A stretch of DNA of 64,000 nt from Eledone cirrhosa (Eukaryota), in NCBI GenBank assembly GCA_964016885.1, contig OZ024742.1, forward strand, positions 106,950,001 to 107,014,000, in the 5' to 3' direction. The translations under genes and the position numbers were made by a program. This document shows, piece after piece, positions 1-13,320 of the stretch. Position 1 is the stretch's first letter, and the number at the start of each line of letters is the position of its first letter. Below the pieces are notes generated by a model. That model was not told the origin of the DNA. It was given only the letters and a program-made list of their open reading frames with translations, and made no database searches.

Positions 1-776
1 GTGTTGATAGGTCATTTCAGATTTATCCACCTGTGTTGCTCTTGGCCAATGACAACAATGGTACATTCCTATTATATAGATATATGCAAGTGAGATGCAG
101 GACCCTGACCCATCTGACACTCAGCAGAGTGCAGGAATATATGTGAGAAATAGGTCCATCTAAGAGGTCAGTAGCACAGCTTCTAGCAGGGAAGATGGAC
201 GTTAAGTGATAATGATGATCATAATTACACACACACACAAGGAGAGAGATAAAGAAAGAGGAAGAAGGGATGGCATTTCCTTTTCACGTGCATCTTCAAT
301 ATTCTACCTATATGATCTCAGAATGAAATTGTAGGTCTGCTGTTTGATAAAACTGTCTGAAAATCAATTCCTGTGATAGAACATCTGACGGAGGCAGCAG
401 CAACAAAATAACCCTTTTGATGCCAACCCAACCCACTTTTTATGACACCAAACTGCCTGAAACCACTCTGGTTCTACAATACAAGTTGTATATTTTCAAA
501 TGTTCATATTTATTTACAAATTCTCCAATCATAATTTTATGTAAGAACCTTTAAGTTATATTTTAAACACCAGATAAATAATGAAAATGTTAGTTACAAC
601 ATTATTATAATTCCCTCAAAATTCTTGATTGTTTTCAAAGATAATTTGAAAATTATAAACAGACTTTCGTTAGAGATATGGCAAGAATTAAACTGTTTGC
701 TCTAATGTCAATGGTTTGTTCAAAAGCTAAGAGCCCCAAGTTCAAACACTACAGACATTCTAGATTTAACCTTAGA

Positions 777-808
<32 letters not shown>

Positions 809-942
809 CAATTTGAAAATGGCTAAAAACATACAAATGAATAAAAAAAAAAATAAAGGCAAAGACAGGAAAATGAATGAATTCAGACAGGAGTCCCATC
901 TCATCAGTCAAGCGCTATTTTTTTTATTCATTGTGTGTGTAG

Positions 943-989
<47 letters not shown>

Positions 990-2285
990 GTGAAGGATGG
1001 TAAAAATTAGTGTGTTGAACATACCCTATAATATTTGTTTCTGTCTCTCATATCCCTTTATGCCTAGGTCGATCAAAGAAATACCGAACACAGGACTGGG
1101 GTTAACATAATTGAATACAAACCCTTGATAGTGATGCCCCAGCTTGGCTGTAGTCCAATAAAAGAATATGTAGTGAAGCTACCAGAAACTATACTTAATC
1201 TTATTAACATTCTGTCCACTTTGCTGCAAAAACACCATTCTGATATATATGTTTCTTTTATGTTTGTTTTATTCTCATAGAATCACAGAAGGTAACTATC
1301 TATCAAGTTGATATAAGCCAACCATAGAGCTGCTTTGTAGTCACTCATTCTACCAAAACAACAGCCAAATCTCCCTCATATCTCACTCTACTATCTTAAA
1401 AAAAAGAGAATGACACATTATCTAAAGAGAGATGGGGTAACTACACCTGGAAAGGGGTAGATGGTAATGGGTAGAATGCCAACATGGAGCTAAACAGCAA
1501 CAATAACAAAAATTATACCTGTGAAGATATTGAGTTCCAGTAAAATGGAAATTGAGATTATTGATTCTTATTCTTGAACAGAATCACTATAGTCCTCAGT
1601 TAATTAAATAATGTTCTATGCTACATCATGATTCTTTTTCTTTTTTTTTTTTGTCTAACAAAAAAAAAATTAAAATAATTTTTTCTCCATCACTGACCTA
1701 CATATTGTTCTGCAGTTACTTCTAACCACACACACTATTAGACAGATGATATCAACCTGTCACTCTTCTGATAACATCTACACAGGTATCACCAAATAAT
1801 CAAACTATACACCTCACTATCAATAAACTTAATCTCACTCTACTGAAGAGTCTTGTCCAAAATGGTGATCCCCACCACTCCCACTCCTCCTCCTGATCAT
1901 CATCATCACCATCACCATCGCTGCTTCATGTCTATTTTCCATGCAAGCATGGGTTAGACAAGTTGTCATGTCTTGAAGCTAGACAGGTCAGATGACTGTG
2001 TCTTGCTCATACATTTCATTTTGGCATGGTTTATATGGCTGGATGCCCTTCCTAATATCAACCACTTCAAGGCATGAACTGGGTTTGTTTTCTCATGGCA
2101 CTACCACTCCCAGGCAAAATAATTTATTTTACTTTCAGAACATTCTGGCTTACTATTTGCTAACCAAGACAATCCCTAGTTTCCACAGACTGTTTTACTC
2201 AATTCTTTAGAAATAATTTAAAGTCTCTTTGAAATTACAGCACACCTTAAAAAATGGAAGGGCATATTGGATAATATAATTCTAC

Positions 2286-2322
<37 letters not shown>

Positions 2323-2811
2323 GAACCTAGGATTACTGTATTTGGGTTGACCTGAAGTTAAACAACAAGAAAGACCTTGAAACATCTAGTAGTGAAGATA
2401 TGTTGATCAAGTCACTTTCAACTGCACTAAGTAACAGTTACTATACATATTATTGAAGCACACAACATAACATCTTCCTTACACATGAACTAAAACAAAC
2501 TTTACAAATGCTAGACCTGGTAATCTCTCATAGTAAGCACTACCAACAACATACTCAAAACTAACTCTTAAAGATGAAGCTTTCCTCAAAGACATTACCA
2601 TAGACAATATTTCTGATACACTAGGTTCAGGATTTGATACACTAGGTTTATTTGTTTAAAGTGAACTATCACACTACTGAAAGAAAAGAGAAACAACTAG
2701 TATAGCTGTAAAACTGATAAACTGTAAAAATTGGTCAGATTTACATTGTTTCAAAACATGTCCCAAGAAGAATGGTTAAAAAAAAACTGACTTTTGCAAT
2801 GATTCATTAGC

Positions 2812-3297
2812 AGACTACAACTGCATTACAATGACTACAGCAGCTGTATTACAAAGACTACTACAGCTGTATTACTAAAACTACTACAGCTGTATTACAA
2901 ATACTACAACAGCAGCTGTATTACAAACACTACAACAGCAGCTGTATTACAAATACTACAACAACAGCTGTATTACAAATACTACAACAGCTGTATTACA
3001 GAGATTGCAACACCTGTATTACAGAGATTGCAACACCTGTATTACAGAGATTGCAACACCTGTAATACAAAGACTACAACAGCTGTAATACAAAGACTAC
3101 AACAGCTGTAATACAAAGACTACACTGCCTGTAATACAAATACTACAACAGCTGTATTACAATGACTACAGAGATTGTAACACCTGTAATACAAAGACTA
3201 CAATGCCTGTAATACAAATACTACAACAGCTGTATTACAATGGCTACAGAGATTGTAACACCCGTAATACAAAGACTACAATGCCTGTATTACAAAT
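2812..3297. repeat. Minisatellite, ~20 units of 23/26/32 bp with a 78-bp higher-order duplication
   Basis: The core ctgtaWtaca recurs at 2844, 2867, 2890, 2916, 2942, 2968, 2991...3285. Confidence 0.95.
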
Positions 3298-5399
3298 CAA
3301 ACCCTGTACTGGGCTAGTACTTTATTTTATTGACTCTGGGAGGATGAAAGATATAGCTAGTCTCAGCAAGATTTGAACCTGGAATATAACGAGCCGGAAC
3401 ATATACTACCCCAACTATTCGACCAATTTGCTGTCTTCTAAGATATGTAAAATATCACTATAAAGACAACAGCTTCAGATCAGGCTCGAAACTATTTTGC
3501 TATCTTCTTCAGTTACAGTAGAATAGTTGTGAGATTAGGTTGCATGAATATGAATTATACAACCAGGTGTTCAAATCATAGATAGAAATACCACTTCATC
3601 CTAATCACCATTGAAATCATCAATACCACCACTACCACCATTCCTGTCACTACCATCAACACAACCACCATTATCATCATTTATCACGACCACCACTTAC
3701 CACCATCTACATCATTATGATTGCAATCATCATTATAGGTGCAAACACCACCACCACACAACCATCACCACCAACACCTACATTACTATTTTATCTGTAA
3801 TCATCATTATAATTGCCACTACCACCGCCACCAACAACACTAACACCACCCCCACTACTACTACTGCTATCTTAACCAAGTTAATTAAATTCACAATCTC
3901 GTTAAAGATAACTATCACTAAGATGAAGCATTATAATCCTGATAACATTCCTTTAAAGAGTGTATTAAATGTTTACTCATTTGTTTCAGTTAATATTTTT
4001 TATAAATATTCTTTGGCACATTGTATACATGTATGTACTCTTAACTCTTGATAGGGTTGTAGGGATATCATCCTAACATACGGTGGGTTTCGGGCATGTT
4101 AAACCTTGCAGAGCCTATCCCTCTCCAGGTCAGAACATAGCCAATTTCTTCCGAAGAAGGAGAGAATGAAAAAGATAGAGAAATATAGAGGAAAAACACG
4201 TCTCCAATACTTGACTGGTATTTTATTTATCAATCATGAAAGGATGAAAGGCAAGGTTGACTTCAGTGGGATTTGAACTCAGAGAGTGGTGAGCCAGAAC
4301 AAATACTGAGGCATTTAATCCAATACCCTAGCAACTCTGCCAATTCACTGCCGCTTTTTTTTTTCCTTATATTTATCACTGAGAAGTGTAAACATGGCAC
4401 ACACACTTGCTTCTCAAATGACAAATACCTAGTCATGTGGCTGAGAGAGAGAAGGGAAGACCGTTTGTTGTTGATTAGACCAGGATCAACTCTGATTAAG
4501 CAAACCTTACAATCAAAAGCCTTCTAGCAAAATCGTGTGATTAAGAAAGTCATAAGGATAAGGTCACATCACAAGACTCTGGGTTTGATCCTTGCATGGC
4601 ACCTGATGCAAGTGTTTTCCACATTAGCTTCAGGTTGATACAAGCAAGCCTTGTGAGTAATTCATGCAAATATCCAAATAATAATTTGCATATCTAACTA
4701 TCCTATAAACTGAAATTATTATATCATCATCATCATTTAACCTCTACTTTATATCTGTTTACAGTGCTGGCATGAGTTGAACTATTATACACACCAATTC
4801 ATCATCATCATCCTTTAATGTCCATTTTCTCTGCTAGCAAAAGTTGGATGAGCTGCCATAGACAGAGTCTGTACTTAAACAGAGCTACTGACCTCTCAGA
4901 TGGGCTGGTCTGGAGCCTGCATTTTGCTTACATACATTACCACACACTACCTAGTACTCAGCCAGGCCAGGGCCCACATTTTATTTACACAGAATCCTAC
5001 ACATAAGAACTTTTATGTTTACACAGAATCCTACACATGTAAGAACTTTTATGTTATATTATGTTCTAAATGTCAGCTACTTCAGTTTCAACTCATGCCC
5101 TCAAGCCCCTTGCTAAACAAGTACAACTCAAAAACATACAAAATAAGAAATTTGCAAATTCATTGCCTAAATGAGTGTTAACTATTTTAATAAATCCCTC
5201 CAAAAACTTGATTATTTTCAAAATGATCTGAAAACCATAGGCAGTAGTATTTTTCATTAGAAATATGGTAATGAAAGAGTTAAACCTGATCAGCCAGGAG
5301 CCCCCAATCTATTTGTGCATTGAACCAGTTCAACAAAAATAATAAACTTCACATAAATTTATTCATAAAAATATTCTTCAGTTGATTGCAGAAAGACAT

Positions 5400-5990
5400 G
5401 GAGCATAATAAATGGTTTCTAATTTTGGAACAAGGTGACTTTAGGATCAGTTGGCTGGAATTTGCAGACAACATGGTACTAAAATCATTGGAAGGTGATT
5501 TCCAACATGCACTGGATAAGTTTGCTGCTGAGTGTTGCACAACAGAAATGAAAATCAGCACTGCAAAGACCAAGACACTCATCCCATCAAGAAAGCTTGT
5601 GCAGTGCACTCCGCATGTGAATGGAGTTACACTAAAGCAGGTGAAGAAGTTCAAGCATCTTAGGGCCATTTTCATGATAGAAGGCAGGAGAATGAATTGA
5701 ATATAAGAATTGCAGGAGCTGCTGCAGTAATACACCAGATTCAGCATTCAGTGATCAGAAGAAGGGAGGTAAATGTAAAAGCCAAACTTGTTATCTTCAT
5801 TTCTGTAGTCATGAATCAAAAGATCACAGCTCCGGTACTTCAGACATGTAGTTAAAATATTCAAGGAAAAAATTGTTGGTCAAATTGTACAGGCGAAGCT
5901 AACCAGCAGGAGACCCAGAGGTAGGCCAAGAGCAAGATGATTGGATAACTTCTATGAGCTCACTTGGTCTCACTTGGGGATCCAGCCAGA
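5400..5990 (+). mobile_element. Degenerate RTE-clade (Rex3/Expander-like) LINE fragment
   Basis: ORF 5386..5700 LEFADNMVL...FQHALDKFAAEC...MKISTAKTK...LKQVKKFKHL (RT catalytic region to thumb); downstream RRPRGRP-like end. Confidence 0.8.
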
Positions 5991-6898
5991 TTAGAGATCC
6001 AGCCAGATTGGAGATAGTTACTTCTGATAGGACCCTCTGGAAGACATGTCTGATGACAGAAATTTGGGGGAAAGGGAAAAGTTGATTATATCCAACCCAA
6101 TCCTTAACTGGTGCTTTATTTTATTAATGCCGGAAGGGTAAAAGGCAAAGTTGACCTCGGCAGGATTTGAACTCAGAACATAGAAAATTGAAAATAAATA
6201 CCACAAAGCATTCTATCTAATGCTCTGCCAATTTGAAAACATAGGAAAGAAAAAGAAGAAAGTGAGAGTAAGATAAATAAGAAAAAGAAAATGATGTAAA
6301 CATGTCCTATAATACCAGCTTTAGTTGTTAAGGTCTATTAACTCCTAACATACAATAATAGTAAAGAAGTCTTAACTTTTGATGGAGTCCAAGGGAGGCC
6401 GTATTGACACATAGAAGGTCTTGGCCATTTTAAATTTGGCAGAACACATCCAACCCCTCTCTCTCTCAGAGAGAGAGGGGGGGGGGTGAAGAATCGATCT
6501 AATATTGGACTGGTATTTTATCAACCTCGAAAGGATGAAAGGCGAAATTGACCTCAGTGGGATTTGAACTCAAAGTGCAGTGAACCAAAACAAATACGGA
6601 AGCATATTTAATCTAATATCCCAATGACTGTTAATCCGCCACCTTAATGATTGAGGAGAAAAGATTTTAAAAACAGCTTTAATTCAAATGTTTACAGTAT
6701 CTTTCAACAGCACTAAGTCACAGCCACCACACACATCAGTGAAACACACAACATAACATCTTCCTTACACATGAATTACACCAAACTAAAACCTGAACAA
6801 ACAAACTTTATAAAAGTTAAACCGTGTGATCTCTTATAGTAAGTACATACAAACCTGCAACACATTAGTGGACAGATTGCAAAAATTTGTAGTATTAA

Positions 6899-7713
6899 CC
6901 CTTATGATATCAAACACAGCCAAAACCGACTTTGGTTTTATGAAATAAAACCACCCATTTTAAGTTTCCAATTTAAATTAAAATCTTTCAGCATAATTTT
7001 ATAAAAGAACCTTACATTAACTTACTATCTTAGTAATGAAATAATTAATAATTTAAGTAAATCCCTCAAGATTCATCATCATCATCATCATCATCAGGTT
7101 TAGCATCCGTGTTCCACGCTTGCATGGGTTTGGACGTGGGGTTTTCCCACTTGAGGCAAGAGTGGTTGTCTTGCTCGCATAGGACTGTCTGGCGGGTTTT
7201 CTACAGTTGGATGCCCTTCCTAACACCAACCACATTTACAGTGTGGGGCTGGGAGGTTTTTACTGTGTTGCCTACACGGCCACATTACAGCGTGGACTGT
7301 CTGGCGGGTTTTCTACAGCTGGATGCCCTTCCTAACACCAACCACATTTACAGTGTGGGGCTGGGAGGTTTTTACCGTGTTGCCTACACGGCCACATTTA
7401 CAGCGTGGACTGTGTGTTTTTTGTCGTGACACCTACACGATCTCATTTGTTTCGGCCTGGATGTTGTGGTGTACATTGAAAGGGGCGGTGTGGATGGGGT
7501 GGAGGTGGTGGGACGGGGGGGGTGTTTTGATAGAGATGCCTACTGACTGTAGTAGGTTTTTACTTTGTATTTAGGTAAGGCGGGTCTTCTCTATTACTGA
7601 GTACCGCCAAAGGTCTCGGTCCAGTGACATTGTCTTGGAGAGGTGTAAGCGTGTGTTCTTCATTAATTAATTGAAATAGGGTGTATTTCATTAGAAATGT
7701 GGTCATGAAACGG
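6899..7713. mobile_element. Family B MITE split by a family C LINE end
   Basis: TTAA|CCCTTATGATATC at 6895; resumes at ~7655 and ends GGTCATGAAACGG|TTAA at 7717. Other B copies or fragments lie near 410-650, 5180-5283, 10505-10646, 22200-22378, 39890-39990, 41990-42230, 42231-42366 and 45797-45965. Confidence 0.7.
7073..7640 (-). mobile_element. 5'-truncated RTE-type LINE 3' end (family C) with (GAT)n tail and internal 112/113-bp tandem duplication
   Basis: The minus strand encodes an ORF end SLDRDLWRYSVIEKT, then the motif ggttggtgttaggaagggcatccag and a gatgatgatg tail. The duplicated unit starts at 7182, 7294 and 7407. Related tails or fragments lie near 181, 1900, 4800, 18530, 20300, 37114, 44809, 46665, 55420, 56080, 58420 and 60700. 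Confidence 0.7.
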
Positions 7714-8344
7714 TTAATCTTTAATGTGATGCAGTAACAGTGTTGTTTCATTAGACTTTTTAAGAATGTCTTGTTAATGCGGTTTCATGTGATACAGAAT
7801 GTTAAGAGTTAAATATCATTTTACCGCTGTGTTTGCAGTCATATGACAAGCTCATGATTGCAGCATGTACACAAGGATATAACTAATACTTTCTGAGATG
7901 GACAACTGAGACTGATACCGATGATAAAACAAACAAACAAACAAAAAAGAGGGGAAGAAAGGAAGTATATTTTTAGGAATTGAAAAATGAAAATAACAAC
8001 AACAGCAGCAAAAAAAAAAACAATCTGCAAAACTAATTCAACCCGAATGTGCACTGCAAAAGTACACAGGACACAAAAGAGTGGTCTTTCCTGGAGTTTG
8101 AGAAGTGAGAAGACTGACAGAAGCTGGTCTAGGTGGCAGCTTGGTTTGTTTGAGATGGAGGCAGGCACTGGCAGAAATAGGAGTTTTAGCTAAACAACTT
8201 AGCTAGAAGAGATCAATACTGAATTTTAGGTAGGTAGGTAGGTAGGTATGTGTCAGTGGTGAAGATAAATAAAGCTAAAAGAAGAATAGCCTCCTGTCTT
8301 TGTTTTTAAAAAAAATTGAAATGAGAGAGATAGATGGAGAACAA

Positions 8345-8470
8345 AAGAGAGAGAGCAGGAGGTAAGGAGAGAAAGAAGAGACCAGGAGGTAAGGAGAGAA
8401 AGAAGAGACCAGGAGGTAAGGAGAGAAAGAAGAGACCAGGAGGTAAAGAGGGAAAGAAGAGAGCAGGAGG
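8345..8470. repeat. 27-bp purine-rich minisatellite (~4.5 units)
   Basis: caggaggtaaggagagaaagaagagac repeated. Confidence 0.92.
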
Positions 8471-9754
8471 GAAAGTAGAGAAAGATAGAATAAATACAAC
8501 CTGATAGAAAGTAGAAAGGAAGAATATGCATATGCAAATTACAAGTCTCTCTCTTGCTCTTCTTCCCTCATCTCTTCATTCTCACTCCTTTCCTCCATTT
8601 TCTCTTGCTCCTGTTTCTTTCTCATTCTTCCTCTCTCTCTCCTCTTCACACTCCCTCTCTTTTGCCCTCCTTCCCCTTCTCTCTTCATTGTCTCCCTCTT
8701 TAGAAACACACACCCCATATCATATAAAGAAAGAGATATGATAGTCTATTAAAGCAACACGCATTTAAAGAGTTGGGGGTGGAGGGTAAATGTATGTATG
8801 TCTAAGTATGTTTGTGTGCATGTATATGTATGTATGGTTGTTTCTCTGTGTGTGTGTGCGCGCATATGTATGTGTCTGTGTGTGCATGCATGTTTAGTTT
8901 TTGCTGCCCCTTCTCCTTCCCCATTCCATGTTACCTAGTTGACTACTGCTGCTGCAGATGCTGTCGTCATGGTCGCTGCTGCTTCAACTTCAGTGATCGT
9001 TGCCATAGCACAGTAGCAGTTCTGTCTCTCTCTCTCTCTCTCCCTCCCTCTTTATCTGTTTATATATCTGTCTGCCTGTCTCTGTTATTTATCTATCTAT
9101 CTAATTTCTATCACACACAAAATCACACACACAATCAGTAAAGTTATAAATGATGCTACTGCTAGCAACAGCCATTCTTTCACCTTCTCTTCACTGAAAC
9201 AATTCAGAAGGCTGGCTCACTGCCTGCCTGTCTGGTTGGCTGGTTGACTGCGTGCAATGAAATATCAGTTCTGACACCACCTGTGTCTATAGCTGTGGCT
9301 TTCCACTGTCGTTTCTCTCACTGCCATTATGCTAGCCAAACCAACCAGTGTGCATGTGCAAGCGTGTACTACTAGTGGTTGAATTATAGGTAGTGGAACA
9401 GTGTAACAAAACATAATGATAAAACCAATGGTGTACCCTATAAGCATCACAAGGTAGGTGTTGAAGCTGAGTAGAAGGCACTCTTGATTGATGTTGTAGA
9501 AGGGTATGGACAGGCAGAATCAGTAGAGCATTCGATAAAATGGCATTGCAACATTTGTTCGAATATGTTCTACATCTTGAAGGCAAATCCTGCCGAGTCC
9601 ATCCTTCTAGAGTTGAGAAAATAAAATACCAATCAAATACTGGATTTGATTTAATCAACTTTGCCCTTCACCTAAATTTGCTGGCCTTGTGTCTAAATAA
9701 GAAATCATTAATATAATAGCAACTAGTGCATTAATATACTGGTGTTGTGGATGC

Positions 9755-10080
9755 ATTATGGTCGAATGGTTAAGCAGTTTACTTTGCAATCATTAGGTCC
9801 CAGGTTCAATCTCACTGTACAGCATTTTGGCAAAATGTAATTTTCCATAGCCTCAGGCCAACCTATGTCTTGTGAGTGAAATTATTTAAAAGCTTGTTGG
9901 ATGGACTATCAGTAATCCAAAGAACCAGCCTTGTAATACACAGTCATCACACTGAATCTTCCCGAAAAATAGATTACAAGTACATGTATCTGTGGAATGC
10001 TCAGTCACCTAGTAAATATTAATTTCATAAGTAGGCTGCTCCATTGACCAAACAACTGGAACACTCATCGTCAAAAACAA
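9755..10080 (+). mobile_element. Second tRNA-derived SINE family (CORE-like centre)
   Basis: Head tggtcgaatggttaag...ggttcaatctc, centre ttgggcaa...catagcctcagg...ttgtgagtg, and tail cacactgaatct.cc.ga that recurs at 19020-19200 and 34778-34910. A related head lies at 4530-4660. Confidence 0.65.
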
Positions 10081-10650
10081 TGCAGGTCCATTCTGCTACT
10101 TATAATTGGTATAGTTGTTGTTTAGTTCTAGCTTGATTAAACAAAACTATTATGATGAAAGGTTTTCCAACCATGACCGTCCCATCACCCCAGCCAATGT
10201 ATTTAGACATAAGTACCAGTCTGAGATTAGTGAATTGAAATAATTGTTAGTACATTGGACACAATGCATTGTGGTATTTAATCCAACTCTGCAATCTGGT
10301 CTTAAATCCTGCTGTGGCCTACTAGGGTAGCAGACTTAATCCATATAAGGATACCTCCCTCTCCACCTATCAGGGACCATTAAAAGGTTCATGGTGCTGT
10401 CCTCCTCTCACTGACAAGATGTGTAATTCTAATGTACACCTAAAGAATATGGTATGGATTGTGACTTGAATAATGAAGAAAGGATGAGATCAGCTGGAAA
10501 GGTATTAACCCTTTTGATAGCATCCTGCCTGAAACAACTGCTGATTCCATGATGAAAACCTTTTTTAATGTGTATATATGTAAATTCAAACTTTCTGTCA
10601 TAATATTTTTTAAGAACTTTTGTGAGGTTATGTTCCAAACACCATCTTAA

Positions 10651-10858
10651 CCCTTTAGCATTTAAACCAGCCATATCAAGCCAATAATTCTCTCACCTTT
10701 TTCTTTTCAAACTGGCCATAACCAGCTGCTTTACTTATATTAAGGTATTGTTCTCAAAATAAATAATATCAAAATCTCATAGCTTTGATATTATGTGAGA
10801 TAAAGCCTTTTCTGTGGAAATACAATAGTAAATATAGAGTAATGTAAATACTAAAGGG
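10651..10858. mobile_element. piggyBac-type MITE family E (208 bp, TTAA TSD)
   Basis: TTAA|CCCTTTAGCATTTA...TAAATACTAAAGGG|TTAA. Confidence 0.85.
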
Positions 10859-11302
10859 TTAATTCTAGTTTCTAATTTAGGCACAAAGCCAGCAATATTT
10901 TTTTTCTTCTTAAAATGACCCAATACTTCATTTTATGACCCCTGAAAGATGAACGAAAAGCAAAGTTGACCTCAGAAAGTAGAGAGTCATAAAAAAGTTT
11001 GATGGTCTAACAACTCTGCTAATCTACTTTACACACACACACATGTGGCTTACTACCACTTATCATTTAATAAACAGTGAGAGACAGAAAGACAGTTGAG
11101 ACCCACTACTTGATTCACCTTTAGCTTTGGTGTATCACCTATCATCTAATAGAGACAAGCAGACATGTGTAATCTACTACATGGTTCTCTTTTAGTCTCC
11201 CTATATCACCACCTACTATTTGATAAATAGCAACATACATTGTGAGACACACTACTATACAGTTCACCTTTATTCTTGATGTATCCCCACTTACTACCTA
11301 AT

Positions 11303-11686
11303 TAATAATTGTTTCTACTTTTGGCACAAGGCCAGCAATTATCCTAGTGCATTACTGGTACTTTATTTTATCAGCCGCAGAAGGATGAAAGGGAAACTTA
11401 ACCTCGGCAGGATTTGAACTCAAACCATAAGGGACGTAACTCTATGCTGCAAAGCATAGCATCTGACCCTCTAACAATACTGCCAATCCACCGCCCTATC
11501 TAATAAATAATTGTTTCTACTATTGGCACAAGGCCAGCAATTACCCAGTACATTACTGGTACTTTATTTTATCGACCCCGTAAGGATGAAAGGCAAAGTT
11601 AATCTCGACGGGATTTGAACTCAGAATGGCAAGGGCCGTAACTATGCGTCAAAGCATGGCGTCTGACTCTCTACTGATACAGCCAA
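11303..11686 (-). mobile_element. Two head-to-tail copies of SINE family A
   Basis: Units 11303-11497 and 11503-11686, both starting aataattgtttctact.ttggcacaaggccagcaatta. A closely similar copy lies at 16018-16203. Confidence 0.85.
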
Positions 11687-12657
11687 AATGACAGACAAGC
11701 AGGTGAGACCCACTAATTTGTTCACCTCTAGTCTTGGTATATCTACCCCCTTTAATCTACCATCAAACATGGTGGTTTCAGTTCCATTGCACCTTGACTA
11801 AATATAAATCCCAAGGACATTAGATGCAATTTATATAATTCATATACACATGCAAAGACACAGAGATAATAAAACAACATACAATCCATTCACGGGATGC
11901 TAGAAGAAAGTATAATTACACAGTAAAATATCCAACTGAATAGTCCTTAGTGCAGTGTTTCCAGTGTCCACGTGAATCCAGTTTAGAATAGGTACACAGC
12001 TCAAAATTCCCATTCAGCCCATGCTAATATGGGAAAGATAATGTGAAAATGATGAAGATGGTGATGTTCTGTGGAACCCTAGGATTCCATGAAAAAGTGC
12101 TGAGATTCATTAACATAAGATAAGATGTCTGAATGAAATTTAATTAAAAAAATAAATAAATCTGACGTTTATTTTTATATGAATTCTCTCTCTAAAACTA
12201 TGTTTGTTTCATTTAATGCCTCATTCAAATTAAAATGGTGAGGACTGTCCATAGAATAGTTATGAGCTCTGTGATTTAAACAAAAATCATATATAAGTTC
12301 TGTAACCATTGGGAGTTAAAACTTATTACAAGATATAAATTCAAACATTAGCTACAGAATTTAAACAGTTATATATCTATTTTACCATGAGTAAAATGGG
12401 CTGGAGAGTATTAAAAGAGAATTGTCCATCCACCAATATTAACTCTTAAAATCCTATACCACATGATACCAAATTAGCAAGATACGCTTGGCAAGTACAA
12501 ACAGCACTATGACTGTTTAATGACCGAAGTATTAGGAAAACTGGTAGAATGTAAATAGGAAATATAAAGATGGAACTAGAGTAAAGTAAAATAAGAATGA
12601 CAAAACAAAGTAACATTTTTACCTGTATATTTCATAATATTTCATGACCAGACCTGG

Positions 12658-12725
12658 AAAGGAGTGGGATTTACTAGTTTTAAAATGCCCCAGAAAGGGG
12701 GTGGGATCTACTAGTTTTAAAATGC
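12658..12725. repeat. Short direct tandem duplication (~35 bp x2)
   Basis: gaaagg.gtgggat.tactagttttaaaatgc occurs twice. Confidence 0.8.
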
Positions 12726-13093
12726 TCCATACATGCTGAATGTCCCTGACATCTCTTGACTCCATTAGGTGTTATGGGGATAGACTGATACACACACAAC
12801 TTAGTTACGAAAAAACAAAGCAGGAAATTAATTCATTTTGACATTTGTTGGGGTTTAATTTTTAATTCAAAACTAAATACATATCAGTTACTATTGGGGT
12901 GTATTTCAAAACATTCCAGACTGTTACAAATGAGAGGAGGCTTTTTGCTTTGTTTTAGATGGGTTGGATTCCATGTGTTGTTTATGCATTTCTTATAACA
13001 TACCTGTATACACACACACACATATATATATAATGTTCCAATCACTAACAAATTTTAATTTTTTTCATGTGAAAAACTTACATTAAATTGTTA

Positions 13094-13320
13094 AGGGTGG
13101 TGGATTGGCAGTATCAGTAGATCATCGGACAACATGCTTTATGGCAAAGAGTTACGACCCTTAACATTCTGAGCTCAAACCTTGCTGAGGTTAGCTTTGC
13201 CTTTCATCCTTAAGGGGTTGATAAAATAAAATACCAGTAAAGCACTGAGGTTGATTTAATTGACTTTCCCCTGCACTTAAAATTGTTGACCTTGTGCTTA
13301 AATCAGAAACCCTTATTATT
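13094..13320 (+). mobile_element. tRNA-derived SINE family A (representative + copy)
   Basis: A-box-like tggcagtatcagtag, B-box-like gagctcaaacc, core ctttgcctttcatcct..ggggttgataaaataaa.taccagt, tail gaccttgtgc. Other + copies lie near 9505-9710, 14620-14760, 14771-14870, 24140-24300, 31855-32010, 61270-61375 and 63520-63670. Confidence 0.85.

Noticed and set aside
875-912. Minus-strand CTGATGA followed by a short stem
   Set aside because: The stem is followed by TGAAT rather than GAAA and there is no stem III; not a hammerhead.
1518-1575. Minus-strand ELNIFT followed by ag|gtataa, resembling the LNIFTEH end of Abl exon 1
   Set aside because: It lies downstream of exons 2-3, has an in-frame stop about 11 codons upstream and a weak donor; coincidence.
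2812-3297. Regularly spaced short repeats resembling a CRISPR array or a coding repeat
   Set aside because: Intervening sequences are near-identical rather than unique spacers, there are no cas genes, the context is eukaryotic, and 23/26/32-bp units do not keep a reading frame.
9755-9830. tRNA-like sequence with A and B boxes
   Set aside because: No complete cloverleaf, and it continues into a SINE body; a SINE head, not a tRNA gene.
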